A DNA stretch of 63,554 nucleotides, the filler included, from Chiloscyllium plagiosum (taxonomy: Eukaryota): the NCBI RefSeq assembly GCF_004010195.1. It is 5 parts of one record of this genome, joined end to end, with 100 filler letters (N's around TTAATTAATTAA, not from the genome) between each part and the next. Parts side by side here need not be neighbours in the genome. Positions count along the whole stretch, not along the records: positions 24,929 to 38,746 come from NC_057712.1; positions 38,847 to 48,615 come from NC_057712.1; positions 48,716 to 60,730 come from NC_057712.1; 2 more parts are not named here. One strand, given 5' to 3'. The position numbers and the translations under genes were made by a program. The number at the start of each line of letters is the position of its first letter. Position 1 is the stretch's first letter. Under the pieces are notes generated by a model. That model saw nothing but the letters and a program-made list of their open reading frames with translations, was not told the DNA's origin and ran no database searches. Below are positions 37,395 through 49,207 of the stretch, one piece after another.

Positions 37395-37700
37395 CAAGTG
37401 AGGAGGAGTGGTATTATTGCTAGACTATTAATCCAGCAACCCAGGTTCAAATCCTGCCATGAATAGTACAACTTAACTTTAATAAAAGTATGGAATTCAG
37501 AGTCTAATTATGGCTATTTAACCATTATTGATTGTCAGGCAAAAAAGCGTCTAATGCTCTTCAGGGAAGGAATCTACTATCCTCACATGGTCTGACTCAC
37601 ATGTGACTCTGGAACCACAACAAGTATCTCTTAATTACCCTCTGGGCAGGGACAAATGCTGGCTTAGGCGGTGATGTCAAAAACCCACAACAGAATGAAA
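37395..37700 (+). mobile_element. Old DeuSINE/SacSINE1-like SINE
   Basis: tRNA-like head (GGTTCAAATCC B box) and a central CTTCAGGGAAGGAATCT...GTGACTC block. Confidence 0.55.
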
Positions 37701-38417
37701 CAAAGAACTGGAGAGATTCTGGAGAGTCATATGACTGAAAGAAAATTGCACTCTTGACCATCACTATTCATAGTTCCGGACTACAGTGTGGATGCAAACA
37801 TGCATATTCCAAAGTAATTTTGGATTCCTTTGCAGTGTGGGGGTGCAAAGCCAAATCACCCCAGTCAGAATGGAGATTGAATCCTGTGGTGTTAATACCC
37901 ACACTGGTCCACATTGGCTGTCCAGCTAACTGCACTCTCAAACAGGGAGTCCATGTTGTTGTGGTAACATGCACTTTCTCTTTGATTTAATTCCAAAAGT
38001 ATTGAATTTCCTTGATGATTTTGATGCATAATTGGAGCAAGAAACTTACATGGGAAGAAAACTGGGCATTCTTTATCCATAAATTGCTGCTCCTCAACTC
38101 ACCTTGCAGTTTTTCTCTTTCCCATAATCTTTGATGGTTATTGGGTCAGATCTTGTGAATACAACCGCTTTGTAAGCTCTGGGTGCCCCACTTCCACTTA
38201 AAACAGTTGTAAGAGATGCTTGTTATGGATTTATTGCAAGACTGTTTGGAATGTCTGTACCTCACTAAGCTGACAGAATCTGATTGTCTTCTGGAGGAAA
38301 CCTATTCCTTGGATTTTTCTGTGGTTTTCCAAATCTCACCCTTGAATTCAAGATGGATAGCCTTTTCCTGTGTGCGATCTTCCTTGGATTGTGAAAGACA
38401 ATTCTATCTCTGATAGG

Positions 38418-38746
38418 TCTGGCCGACCCATTGTCTCAGCATGCTCCTGCCCCACTGAACTCATCCCCACCTACCTCGACACTGTCCTATCCCCCCTAGT
38501 CCAGGAACTCCCCACATACGTTCAAGATACCACCCACGCCCTCCACCTTCTCCAAGACTTCCGTTTCCCCGGCCCCCAACGCCTCGTCTTCACCATGGAT
38601 ATCCAATCCCTCTACACCTCCATCCGCCATGACCAGGGCCTCCAAGCCCTCCGTTTTTTTCCTCTCCCGACGTCCCAACAGTACCCTTCCACCGACACTC
38701 TCATTCGTTTGGCCGAACTGGTCCTCACCCTTAACAATTTCTCCTT
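38418..38746 (+). mobile_element. Penelope-like RT fragment cut by a gap
   Basis: GRPIVSACSCPTE...TMDIQSLYTSI...LVLTLNNF, the PLE RT motifs. Confidence 0.88.
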
Positions 38747-38846
38747 NNNNNNNNNNNNNNNNNNNNNNNNNNNNNNNNNNNNNNNNNNNNTTAATTAATT
38801 AANNNNNNNNNNNNNNNNNNNNNNNNNNNNNNNNNNNNNNNNNNNN
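38747..38846. other. Artificial scaffold spacer N44-TTAATTAATTAA-N44; identical copies at 24829-24928, 48616-48715 and 60731-60830
   Basis: The same 100-bp pattern occurs four times, and the 12-mer has stops in all six frames. Confidence 0.95.
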
Positions 38847-39370
38847 AGGCCACATTTGGAGTACTGTGTGTAGTTCTGGTCGCCTCACTTTAGGAAAGAT
38901 GTGGAAGCTTTGGAGAGGGTGCAGAGAAGATTTACCAGGATGTTGCCTGGAATGGAGAATAGGTCGTACGAGGATAGGTTGAGAGTTCTCGGCCTTTTCT
39001 CGTTGGAACGGCGAAGGATGAGGGGTGACTTGATAGAGGTTTATAAGATGATCAGAGGAATAGATAGAGTAGACAGTCAGAAACTTTTTCCCTGGGTACA
39101 ACAGAGTGTTACAAGGGGACATAAATTTAAGGTGAAGGGTGGAAGGTATAGGGGAGATGTCAGGGGTGGGTTCTTTACCCAGAGAGTGGTGGGGGCATGG
39201 AATGCGCTGCCCGTGGGAGTGGTAGAGTCGGAATCATTGGCGACCTTTAAGCGGCATTTGGATAGGTACATGGATGGGTACTTAATCTAGGTTAGAAGTT
39301 CGGCACAACATCGTGGGCCGAAGGGCCTGTTCTGTGCTGTATTGTTCTATGTTCTATGTTCTATGTTCTA
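38847..39370 (+). mobile_element. Young CR1 3' end
   Basis: Open C-terminal ORF2 (ALERVQRRFTRMLPG) and a (TGTTCTA)n tail. Confidence 0.92.
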
Positions 39371-40079
39371 GTCTAGTTAATTTGTTCGCTGTTAGAGGTA
39401 GATAAATAAATTGTTACTTGCTGATTTTAAAGTGAGTGTTGGTGATTTTTTTTAACCATTAAGTTACTGAGGAGCAGGGTACACCACTTTGCACACTTTT
39501 TTCTGACTATAAGGTGAGGTGTTCCTCTTTGGGGCTTTCAGATTTAGTTTTCAGAGGGAGGTCAACCTCTGCTTTATAACACAAAGCGGTGAGAGTGGCA
39601 ATTTGGAAGGAGAGAGAGGTATTAATTAAATTCATCATAGATCCAAAGCCAGAAAGGGAAACAAGAATGTTACATTTATTAAAGATACATTTTTTTTTTA
39701 AAAATCTTTCCTCTCTTAAGGATTTTCAGAAAAATCAACAGGCTTAATTTTTTCAAATTACCTGAGGATGGAAAACATTGATCACTCTAACTTGTGCATC
39801 CTCAGTGCTCAGACCTGGAAGGCTCATTTGGACAACCGACTCAAGGCAATATGGCGTCTGATTAAATGACGGGCTATGAATCTTAAAGATGGAGAATGGG
39901 AAATAACTGTGGCTGTAAGAGCTGCTCCTTTGAGGCATTTTCAATGCTGAAGCTGATTTCCTCAAATGCCAAGAGCAGCAATTACTGTTTGATAAGCTGT
40001 TGCATTGGTTTGGAACTTTGGAGAAAAAAAAATCAGAACAACAGTACTTTAAAAAGGAGGAAGAGAGACAAAGATAGAA

Positions 40080-41145
40080 ACCCGGCTCAAAGGTAGAAGA
40101 CAGAGGGTGGTGGAGGGTTCTTTTTCAGACTGGAGGCCTGTGACCAGTGGAGTGCCACAAGAATCAGCAGTGGGTCCACTACTTTTCATCATTTATATAA
40201 ATGATTTAGATGTGAGCATAAGAGGTATAGTTAGTAAGTTTGCCAATGACACCAAAATTGGAGGTGTAGTGGACAGCGAAGGTTACCTCAGATTACAACT
40301 GGATCTTGATCAGATGGGCCAATGGGCTGAAAAGTGGCAGATGGAGCTTAATTTAAATAAATGTGAGGTACTGCATTTTGGGAAAACAAATCTTAGCAGG
40401 ACTTATACACTTAATGGTAACGTCCTAGGGACTGTTGCTGAACAAAGAGACCTTGGAGTGCAAATTCATAGCTCCTTGACAGTGGAGTCGCAGGTAGATA
40501 GGATAGTGAAAAAGGCATTTGGTATGCTTTCCTTCATTGGTCAGAGTATGGAGTACAGGAGTTGAGAGGTCATGTTGCAGCTGTACAGTACATTGGTTAG
40601 GCCACTTTTGGAGTATTGTGTGCAATTCTGATCTCCTTCCTATTGGAAAGATGTGAAACTTGAAAGGGTTCAGAAAAGATTTACAAGGAGGTTGCCAGGG
40701 TTGGATAATTTGAGCTACAGGGAGAGGTTGAATAGGCTAGGGATGTTTTCCCTGGAGTATCGGAGGCTGAGGGGTGACCTTATAGAGGTTTATAAAATTA
40801 TGAGGGGCATGGATAGGATGAATAGGCAAAGTCTTTTCCCTGGGATGAGGGAATCCAGAACTTGAGAGCATAGGTTTAAGTTGAGAGAGGAAAGATATAA
40901 AAGAGACCTAAGGGGCAACATTTTCACTCAGAGGGTGGTACGTGTATGGAATGAGCTGCCAGAGGAAGTGAGTACAATTGTAACATTTAAAAGTCATCTG
41001 GATGGGTATATGAACACGAAGGTTTGTAGGCATATAGGCCAGGTGCTGACAGGTGGGACTAGATTGAGTTGGGATATCTGGTCAGCATGGACAAGTTGAA
41101 CTGAAGGGTCTGTTTCCATGCTGTACATCTCTATGACTCTATGAC
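40080..41145 (+). mobile_element. CR1 RT and 3' end
   Basis: SGVPQES, YINDLD and KFANDTK motifs with a CTATGACT tail. Confidence 0.92.
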
Positions 41146-41149
41146 ACAT

Positions 41150-42745
41150 GGTCAGTGATTCGAATGAGAAAGAAATCTACACTACTGTCTGACACAGTGA
41201 ATTTGCACAGCTACTGCCTTTGCTGTTTTAGTTCAAGGATCTCTGGACATCGGAGCACATTTAAGAAAAATTAAACAGCGAAAATCACAGCCGATCTTGA
41301 GGGAACGTATGTGGGGAACTCACAGCATGGCAGCAGATAAGTGCATAGTTTTTAAGTGTAACCTTGTTGTTTCTGCATATCTACAATAGTGAGGAGAGTG
41401 GGTTCTTTTTTGATTTTTTTTATTGAGATCTGTCCCTTGATTAAATTTTAAAACTATAAAATATAGGTACTAAGTTAGCCAGGAGCAGCGTTTTCTTAGA
41501 GCAGTAAAACGGTGCTATTTTATGGGTCTGTAGATTGTTAAGATGCAGGGATGGCCTTTAGTAGAGTGATGTGCTCTTCTTGTTGGATGTGGGAGATTAG
41601 GGAGAGTTGCCATTTTACTGATGATTATGTCTGCAGTAAGTGTGTTTGATTGTGAATCCTATCAGATCACAGATCGGTTAGAGCAGCAGTTAGAGGCAAT
41701 GAGGAATTTACAGGTGTAGGGGCTGTGATGGATGGCAGTTATAGGAAGGGAGAAAAGCTGCAGACACAGTCAGGTAGATGGGTTAACCCCAGGAAAAATA
41801 GGAAGGGGTAGGCAGGTAGTCTCCTGTGGCTATTCCCATCTCAAACAAGTATGCTGTTTTGGAATATGTAGGGTGATGGACTCTTAGGGGAACGTAGTGC
41901 GAACAACCAAGTTTCTGGTACAGACACTGGCTCAAATGTAATGAGGGGTACGTCACACTCCAAGTGATCGATTATAATAGGGGACCCTTTATTCAGAGGC
42001 ACAGAAAGACGTTACTGTAGCCGACAGTGAGACATCAGAATGGTGTGTTAGATCGCTCGTGCCAGGATCAGAGAGAGTGCAGAATATCCTCAAAGGGGAG
42101 AGGGTCCAGCAGGAGTTCATTGTATACATTGAAACTAATGACATAGCAAGGGGAAAGGAGAGATTCTGAAGGGCGAATATAGGAAGTTAGGCAAGAATTT
42201 AAAAAGGAGATCCTCGAGAATAGCAATGTCTGGAATACTCCTGGTGCAATGAGCTAATGTGGGCAGGAATAGGAGGACAGAGCAGATGAATGCATGGCTG
42301 AGGAGCTGGTGCATGAAAGATGGGTTCACATTTTTGTATCATTGGAATCTCTTCTGGGGTAGCAGTGGCCTGTACAAGAAGGATGGATTGCACCTGAATT
42401 GGAAGGGGACTAATATCCTGGCAGGGAGATTTGCAAAAGGTGCTCGGGAGGATTTAAACTAGTAAGGTGGGACGGGTGGGGAGGACGTGGGGGTGGAGTT
42501 GGAGGTGGGACCCAGGGAGATAGTTAGGAAAGAGATCAATCTGAGACTAGTACAGTTGAGAAATGAAGCGAGTCAAACACTCTGGGCAGGCAGGACAAAG
42601 CATGGGTATATGAATAGGAAGGGTTTGGAGGGACATGGGCCAGGTGCTGGCAGGTGGGACTAGATTGGGTTGGGGTATCTGGTCGGCATGAACAGGTTAG
42701 ACTGAAGGGTCTGTTTCCAAGCTGTACATCTCTATGACTCTATAC
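41150..42745 (+). mobile_element. CR1 5' UTR and ORF1 joined to a short 3' terminus
   Basis: ORF1 from ATG 41551 (CSSCWMW...CSKC) with esterase end YKKDGLHLNWKGTNILAG at about 42462, then an abrupt switch to the CR1 3' UTR at about 42601. Confidence 0.75.
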
Positions 42746-42799
42746 TTAGTGATTAATTTTGTAAAGTGACAGCAAACTACAGTTTCCTACCTGGACACA

Positions 42800-44100
42800 A
42801 ACTAGTGAGCCTGACTTAAGTGGTAGGCAAGCTGTTGGAGGGGATTCTGAGGAAGAGGATTCACATGTATTTGGAAAGGCAAGGACTGATTAGGGATAGT
42901 CAACATGGTTTTGTGCATGAGAAATTATGTCTCACTAACTTTATTGAGCGTTTTGAAGAAGTGACGAAGAAGATTGAGGGCAGAGTGGTGGACATTGTCC
43001 ATATGGACTTCAGTAAGGTTTTCAAAAAGGTTCTACATGGTAGGTAAGTTAGATAACATGGAATACAAAAACTAGCTATTTGGATACTAAATTGTCTTGA
43101 AGGTAGGAAACAGAGGGTGGCGGTGGAGGGTTGTTTTTCAGACTGGAGGTCAGTGAGCAGGAAAGATTGGTGCTGGGTCCACTGCTTTTTGTCATTTATA
43201 TAAGTGATTTGGATGTGACATAGGAGGCAAGGTTAGTAAGTCTTCAGATGACACCAACATTGGTGTAGTGGACAGCGAAGAAGATTATCTCAGAGTACAA
43301 CGGGACCTTAATCAGATGGGCCAATGGGCCGAGAAGTGGCAGATGAAATTTAATTTAGATAAGTGTGAGTTGCTGCATTTTGGGAGGGCAGAATGTACAT
43401 ACTTAATGGTAAGGTCCTGGGGAGTGCTGAACAAAGAAAGTTTCTTGAAAGTGGAGTTGCAGGTAGATAAGATAGTGAAGAAGACATTTGCTATGCTTTC
43501 CTTTATTGGTCAGAGCATTGAGTATAAGAGGTGGGATATCATGTTGCGGGTATATAGGATATTGGTTAAGCCATTTCTGGAACACAGCATTCGATTCTAG
43601 TCTCCATTCTCTCAGAAAGATGTTGTTAAACTTGAAAGGGTTCAGAAAAAGTTTATAAGGATGTTGATGGGGTTGGGGGATTTGAGCTATATGGAGAGGC
43701 TGAATGGAGTGGACCTGTTGTCTCTGGTACATCGGAGGCTGAGGATTGACCTCACAGAAATTTAAGGTCAGGAGGGGTATAGATGGAATAGTCAAGGTCT
43801 TTTCCCCAGTGTGGAGGCAAAACTAGAGGGCATAGGTTTAAGGTAAGAAGGGAAAGATTTAAAAAGAAAGCTAAGGGCAACTTTTGCAGAGGGTGGTGCA
43901 TGTATGGAATGAATTACCAGAGGAAGTGGTAGAGGCTCGTACAATTACAACATTTAAAAGGCATCTGGATGGGTACATGAATAGGAAGGGTTTCGAGAGA
44001 TATAGGCCAGGTGCTGGGAAATGGGACTAGATGAGGTTAGGATATTTTGTTGGCATGGGTAAGCTGGACCAAGGGTTTGTTTCTGTGATGAATATTGACT
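42800..44100 (+). mobile_element. Degenerate CR1 RT and 3' end
   Basis: QHGFVHEKLCLTNF and MDFSKVF motifs followed by the 3' UTR. Confidence 0.88.
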
Positions 44101-44421
44101 GAACATAAAACAAAATGAATAAGAGTACCCTTCAGCCCCACACTGAATTCCCAACTGCATCATCAGATTTCCAAATATTGTAGTTTGGTTACAATCTTCA
44201 GTGCTGCTTTGTAATACTCTGTCCTCCACATTAATTCTAGTGCTAATTCATGTGCGAGGTGTAAAAATGAACAGAAATTATACAAGTGCTAAGAGTCATT
44301 ATGTCTATTAAAGTGTCACCACCAATCAATTAAATCGAGACGCATAATTTGATGATATAGTAATATGACATATTTACAGAAATACTTTCAATAATATTTT
44401 CCCATGATATGTTGTAATTAC

Positions 44422-44585
44422 CTGTCTGCAATAACCCTGGTACATTCATGTTTGAACAAAGCTAGGAGTGTCTCCAGATTGAAACATTCCTCAGCCATTA
44501 TGTTCAACATTCCTTGCCAAATGCGAGATAGGTCCCTCAGATTGAAGATGTAATGAAATTTAGCTGGAGTAGGCAGCATTTTCAC
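44422..44585 (-). CDS. DNAH8: Dynein heavy chain exon (AAA3 lid), 164 nt, phase 0 to 2 (absent from ORF track)
   Basis: TTTCTTTTTCTTTAG acceptor and GTAATT donor. Reads [54 protein letters not shown](R), including the dynein [11 protein letters not shown] motif. Confidence 0.92.
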
Positions 44586-44829
44586 CTAAAGAAAAAGAAA
44601 GCAACTTTCAAGATTTGCATGAAATATAGAAGGTGAAATTAATCTTGGATGACAAGGTGAAATAGGCATTTATGACTGGAAGCTGATGAATATAACACCT
44701 GAAATTGTTTTTCACTGGAACATAAAATCTGACTTGCTGAAAAGAGGTTACCCTTTCAGTAATACTCATTTCCCTCTTGCACCAAAGTATAATATCACTT
44801 TTCTAAACATTTAATCCTAATTACCAGGG

Positions 44830-47800
44830 ATACACAAGACCTTAAAAAAAAGGAGCAGAAGCAGGCCATTCAATCATCGAGTCTTCTACAACACCAAATG
44901 GGGTCAAGGCTGATCTGATAATCCTCAATTCCACTTTCCTGCCTTTTTCCTATTATCCCTGATTCACTTACTGATTAAGGCCACAAAACCATAAGGTACA
45001 AGTGTAAAATTAGGCCATTTGGTCCATCATACTGCTCTGCCATTCAATCATGGCAGATAAGTTTCTCAAACCCATTCTCCTGGCTTTTCCACATAACCCT
45101 TGATCCCCTTACTAACCAAGAACCTACCTATCTCTGTCTTAAATATATATTCAATGGCTTGGTTTCCACAGCCTTCTGTGGTAATGGGTTCCACAGATTC
45201 TTTAGACCCTAGTACTAGTTCTCCAGCTTCAACTTCCTTTGGTCCAATGTCCACTTGTGTCTCTCTCTTACCTTCTTTTAAAAAAAACTCTTGCAATCTT
45301 CTTTTATATTACAAGCTAGCTTACTCTCACATTTCATCTTCTCCCTACTTATTGCTTTTTTTATTTGTCCTCTGCTAGTTCTTCAAAGCTTCTCAATCCC
45401 CTAGCTTCCTATTAATTTTCACCATAAATGTATACTTTTTCTTTTTCATTTATTTTGTCCTTGGCCCTCCTTGGTATGTTTAGTCTTCCTTGGGATGGAT
45501 TTCGGCTCTGCCTCCCAAATTATGCCCAAAAAGTCTTGCCGAAATTACTCTATTGTCTTCTCTGCTAGACTCTTCTTCCAATCAAATCTGGCCAGCTCCT
45601 TCCTCATATCTTAGCAGTTACCTTTACTTAATTGTGATAACATTACATCTGATTCCAGTTTCTCTCTCTCAACTGCAGGGTGAATTCTATCATGTTATCA
45701 TCACTATCTCCGAAGAGTCCCTTCACCTTAAGCTCCCAAATAAAGACTGCCTCATTACACATCACCAAATCAACAATTGCCTGTTCCCTAGTGGGCTCTA
45801 CCACAGCTGCTCCAAAAAAAAAACCATCGTGCATACAATCTATGAATTCCTTTTCTTGGGATCTGCTATCAACTTGATTTTCCTAGTCCACCTGCATGCT
45901 GAAGACCCCCATGATTATTGTAATAGTGCCAATCTCACATGCCTTTATCTCCTGATTTATTTTCTGCCTCATTCTGAATACTGCTAGTAATCCTGTACGT
46001 ACCTGCCATCAGGCTCTCCTATCCTTTGTGGTTCATCAACTCTACCCGCACAGATTCAATGCCTTCTGACTCTATGTTGCTATCAATTTGATTTCATTTC
46101 TAACTAACAAGGCAATCTCCACCCCTCTGCCTGTCCTTCCAATAGGACGCATGTCCTTGAATATCTCTTCCCACCGCTGGTTCCCTTGCAGCCCCATCAA
46201 TTTCAATCTCTGCCACAAGCTCATTTACCTGCTTTCCTATACTGCACTAATTTAAGAACCACTATCCTCAGTCCTGCATTGACCACCCCTTTTCATAGTT
46301 TCATATGTTGTTCTTCAAGTTAGATTCCTAACAGCTTCCCTTCCCCTTTAACTTTTTTAAAACCCTTGTGATCTTGATTTATCTTGCTTTGTGCCATTTA
46401 GAATAACCTTTTCCGAACGTTTCATGTGTTAAAATGCAAATCTAATTAAAAGTCTGACTATCTGAACCTTTATAAGAACGCAGTTTCTACAGCTCTCTGT
46501 GGTAAAGAATTCCACAGATTCACTAAACTCAGAGGAGAAAATCCACTTCATCTGTTGTAATTAGGTGATATTTAGTCTGAGATTATGTCCTTTGTTCTTA
46601 GATTTTTTCACAACGGGAACATTTCCACATCTAGCCTGACAAGCCTCCAACAATCTTATTTTTAATAAGTTCATCCCTCAGTCTTCTAAACTCCAATGAG
46701 TACAGGCTCAAACTCCTCAACTTCACATTACAAGACCTTAAACCATCCGAAAAAAGAATGGAGTAGGTCATTTGATCCTTCAGCCTGCTCCATCATTCAA
46801 CAGGATCAAGGCTGATCTAATATTCCTTATGTCCATTTTCCTATATTTTCCCCATAACATTTTATTCCCTTCCCGATCAAGAATTGTCTATCTCAGCCTT
46901 AAATGTAAACAAGGACTCCATAGCCACAACTTTCTGTGGCAAGCAGTTTCAAAGACTCACTATCTGAGAGAAGAAATTCCTTCTCCTCTTCGACTTGAAT
47001 TGGCACCCCCACCATACCCCCAGTTCCAACCTTCCAGCTTAGCACCGTCCTCATGACCTGTCCGATTTGTCCATCTTCCTTCTCACCTCTCTGCTCCACC
47101 CTCCTCTCTGACCTATCACCTTTACCCCCACATCTATCCACCTATTGCACTCTCAGTTACCTTCCCCCCACCCCGCCCCTCCCATTTACCCCCAAGGCTC
47201 CCAGCCTCATTCCTGATGAAGGGCGTTTTGCCTGAAACATTGATATTCCTGTTCCTTGGATGCTGCCTGACCAGGTGTGCTTTTCCAGCACCACTCTAAT
47301 CTTGACCCTTTCATTATGAGACTATGGCCTCGGATCCTAGACTCTTCCATGAAGGGAAACATCCTGTCAGCATTTACCCTGTCAAGCCCCTTAAGAATTG
47401 TAAATGTTTCAATGGGATTATTACTTGTTCTTCAAAATTCCAATGACTAAATTCGGAACCTCTTTAATCTTTGCTCATAAGACAAGTCTTCCATATCAGG
47501 GGTTAGCCTAGTGAACTTTCTTTGAATTGCCTCCAAAGAAATAATATCTTTCCTTAAATAAGAGAACCAAACCTGCTCACAGTACTCCAGATGTGGTCTC
47601 ACCAGCACCTTGTACAGTTGCAGTAGACTTTCCCACCCTCATCCTCCAACCTCCTTGCTGCATCTTTGAGCTAGCCTTTGTATTTTGTGCACAAACATCC
47701 CAAGTTTCTTTGCACTGCAGCTTTCTGCAGTTTTTCTCCATTTAAATAATATTCTGCTCGGTTGTTGACAATATAATGTGGAGCTGAAAGAGCACAGCAG

Positions 47801-48060
47801 TTCACCAGAGGAGAAGGAAAGTCGACGTTTTGGATCAGGACCTTGTCCCCCCCTCTTCTGCTCAGTTGCTCTTCTTTCCAAATTGAACGTCACATTTTCT
47901 CACATGACACTCCATTTGCCAACTTTAGCCTGTTTACTTAACCTATCAATATCTCTGTAAACTGTTTGTATCCTTTTTACAACCTGTCTTTCCACCTATT
48001 TTGGTGTTGTCTGCAAATTTGGCTACTATACATTTGCTTCCTTGCTGCATGCCATTAATA
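44830..48060 (-). mobile_element. Stack of degenerate minus-strand CR1 fragments
   Basis: Repeated reverse CR1 3' UTRs (GGCCATTC...TCAAGGCTGATCT), an APE remnant EQAIVDLVMCNE...DSDDNMIEF and RT remnants. Confidence 0.75.
47020..47305 (+). mobile_element. Penelope terminus with hammerhead motif (core from 47213)
   Basis: C-rich terminal sequence, then CUGAUGA-A-GGGC-GUUUU-GCCU-GAAA-CAUU. Confidence 0.7.
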
Positions 48061-48423
48061 TGTGTATCTAGAAAGAGGAATCCCCTAGCTCTAATAGCTT
48101 GCATTCTAGGATCCTAAAAGAAGTAGCTACAGACATAGTTGATACATTTGTTGTAATTTTCAAAAAAAAATTGGATTCTGGAGAAGTACCAGAGAATTGG
48201 AAAATTTTCCACCTATTTTGGTGTTGTCTGCAAATTTGGCTACTATACATTTGCTTCCTTGCTGCATGCCATTAATATGTGTATCTAGAAAGAGGAATCC
48301 CCTAGCCCTGATAGCTTGCATTCTAGGATCCTAAAAGAAGTAGCTACAGACATAGTTGATACATTTGTTGTAATTTTCAAAAAAAAATTGGATTCTGGAG
48401 AAGTACCAGAGAATTGGAAAATT
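47990..48423 (+). repeat. 217-bp direct tandem duplication
   Basis: 47990-48206 is repeated at 48207-48423. I see two substitutions (CCTAGCTCTAAT versus CCTAGCCCTGAT). Confidence 0.92.
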
Positions 48424-48715
48424 ACTATTCAAAAAGGAAAGGTTAAAGAAAGAGGGTAGAACATAGAAAATTTCAGCGCAGTCTAAGCCTTTCAGCACTC
48501 AATGTTACACTGACCTGTGGAACCAATCTAAAGCCCATCTAACCTATACAATTCCATTCTCGTCCATATGCCTATCCAATGACCATTAAATGCCCTTAAA
48601 GTTGGCGGGTCTATTNNNNNNNNNNNNNNNNNNNNNNNNNNNNNNNNNNNNNNNNNNNNTTAATTAATTAANNNNNNNNNNNNNNNNNNNNNNNNNNNNN
48701 NNNNNNNNNNNNNNN

Positions 48716-49207
48716 GATCTAGAGGGCATAGGTTTAGGGTGAGAGGGGAAAGATATAAAAGAGACCTAAGGGGCAACTTTTTCACGCAGAGGGTGGTACG
48801 TGTATGGAATGAGCTGCCAGAGGATGTGGTGGAGGCTGGTACAATTGCAACACTTAAGAGGCATTTGGATGTGTATATGAATAGGAAGGGTTTGGAGGGA
48901 TATGGGCTGGGTGCTGGCAGGTGGGACTAGATTGGGTTGGGATATCTGGTCGACATGGACAGGTTGGACTGAAGGGTCTGTTTCCATGTGTACATCTCTA
49001 TGACTTTATGACTCTATGACTTGAGGCTGTTTTCGTTAGAGAGAAGAAGGTTGAGAGGTGATTTAATTGAGACATATAAGGTAATCAGAGGGTTAGATAG
49101 ATTGGTCAGTGAGAACCTTTTTCTCAGATGGCGATGGCTAGCACAAGGGGTCATAGATTTAAATTGAGGGGTAATAGGTGTCGGACAAATGTCAGAAGTA
49201 GTTTCTT
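48716..49207 (+). mobile_element. Two CR1 3' fragments
   Basis: FFTQRVVRVWNELPED with tail, then an LRLFSLERRRLRGDL fragment. Confidence 0.85.
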
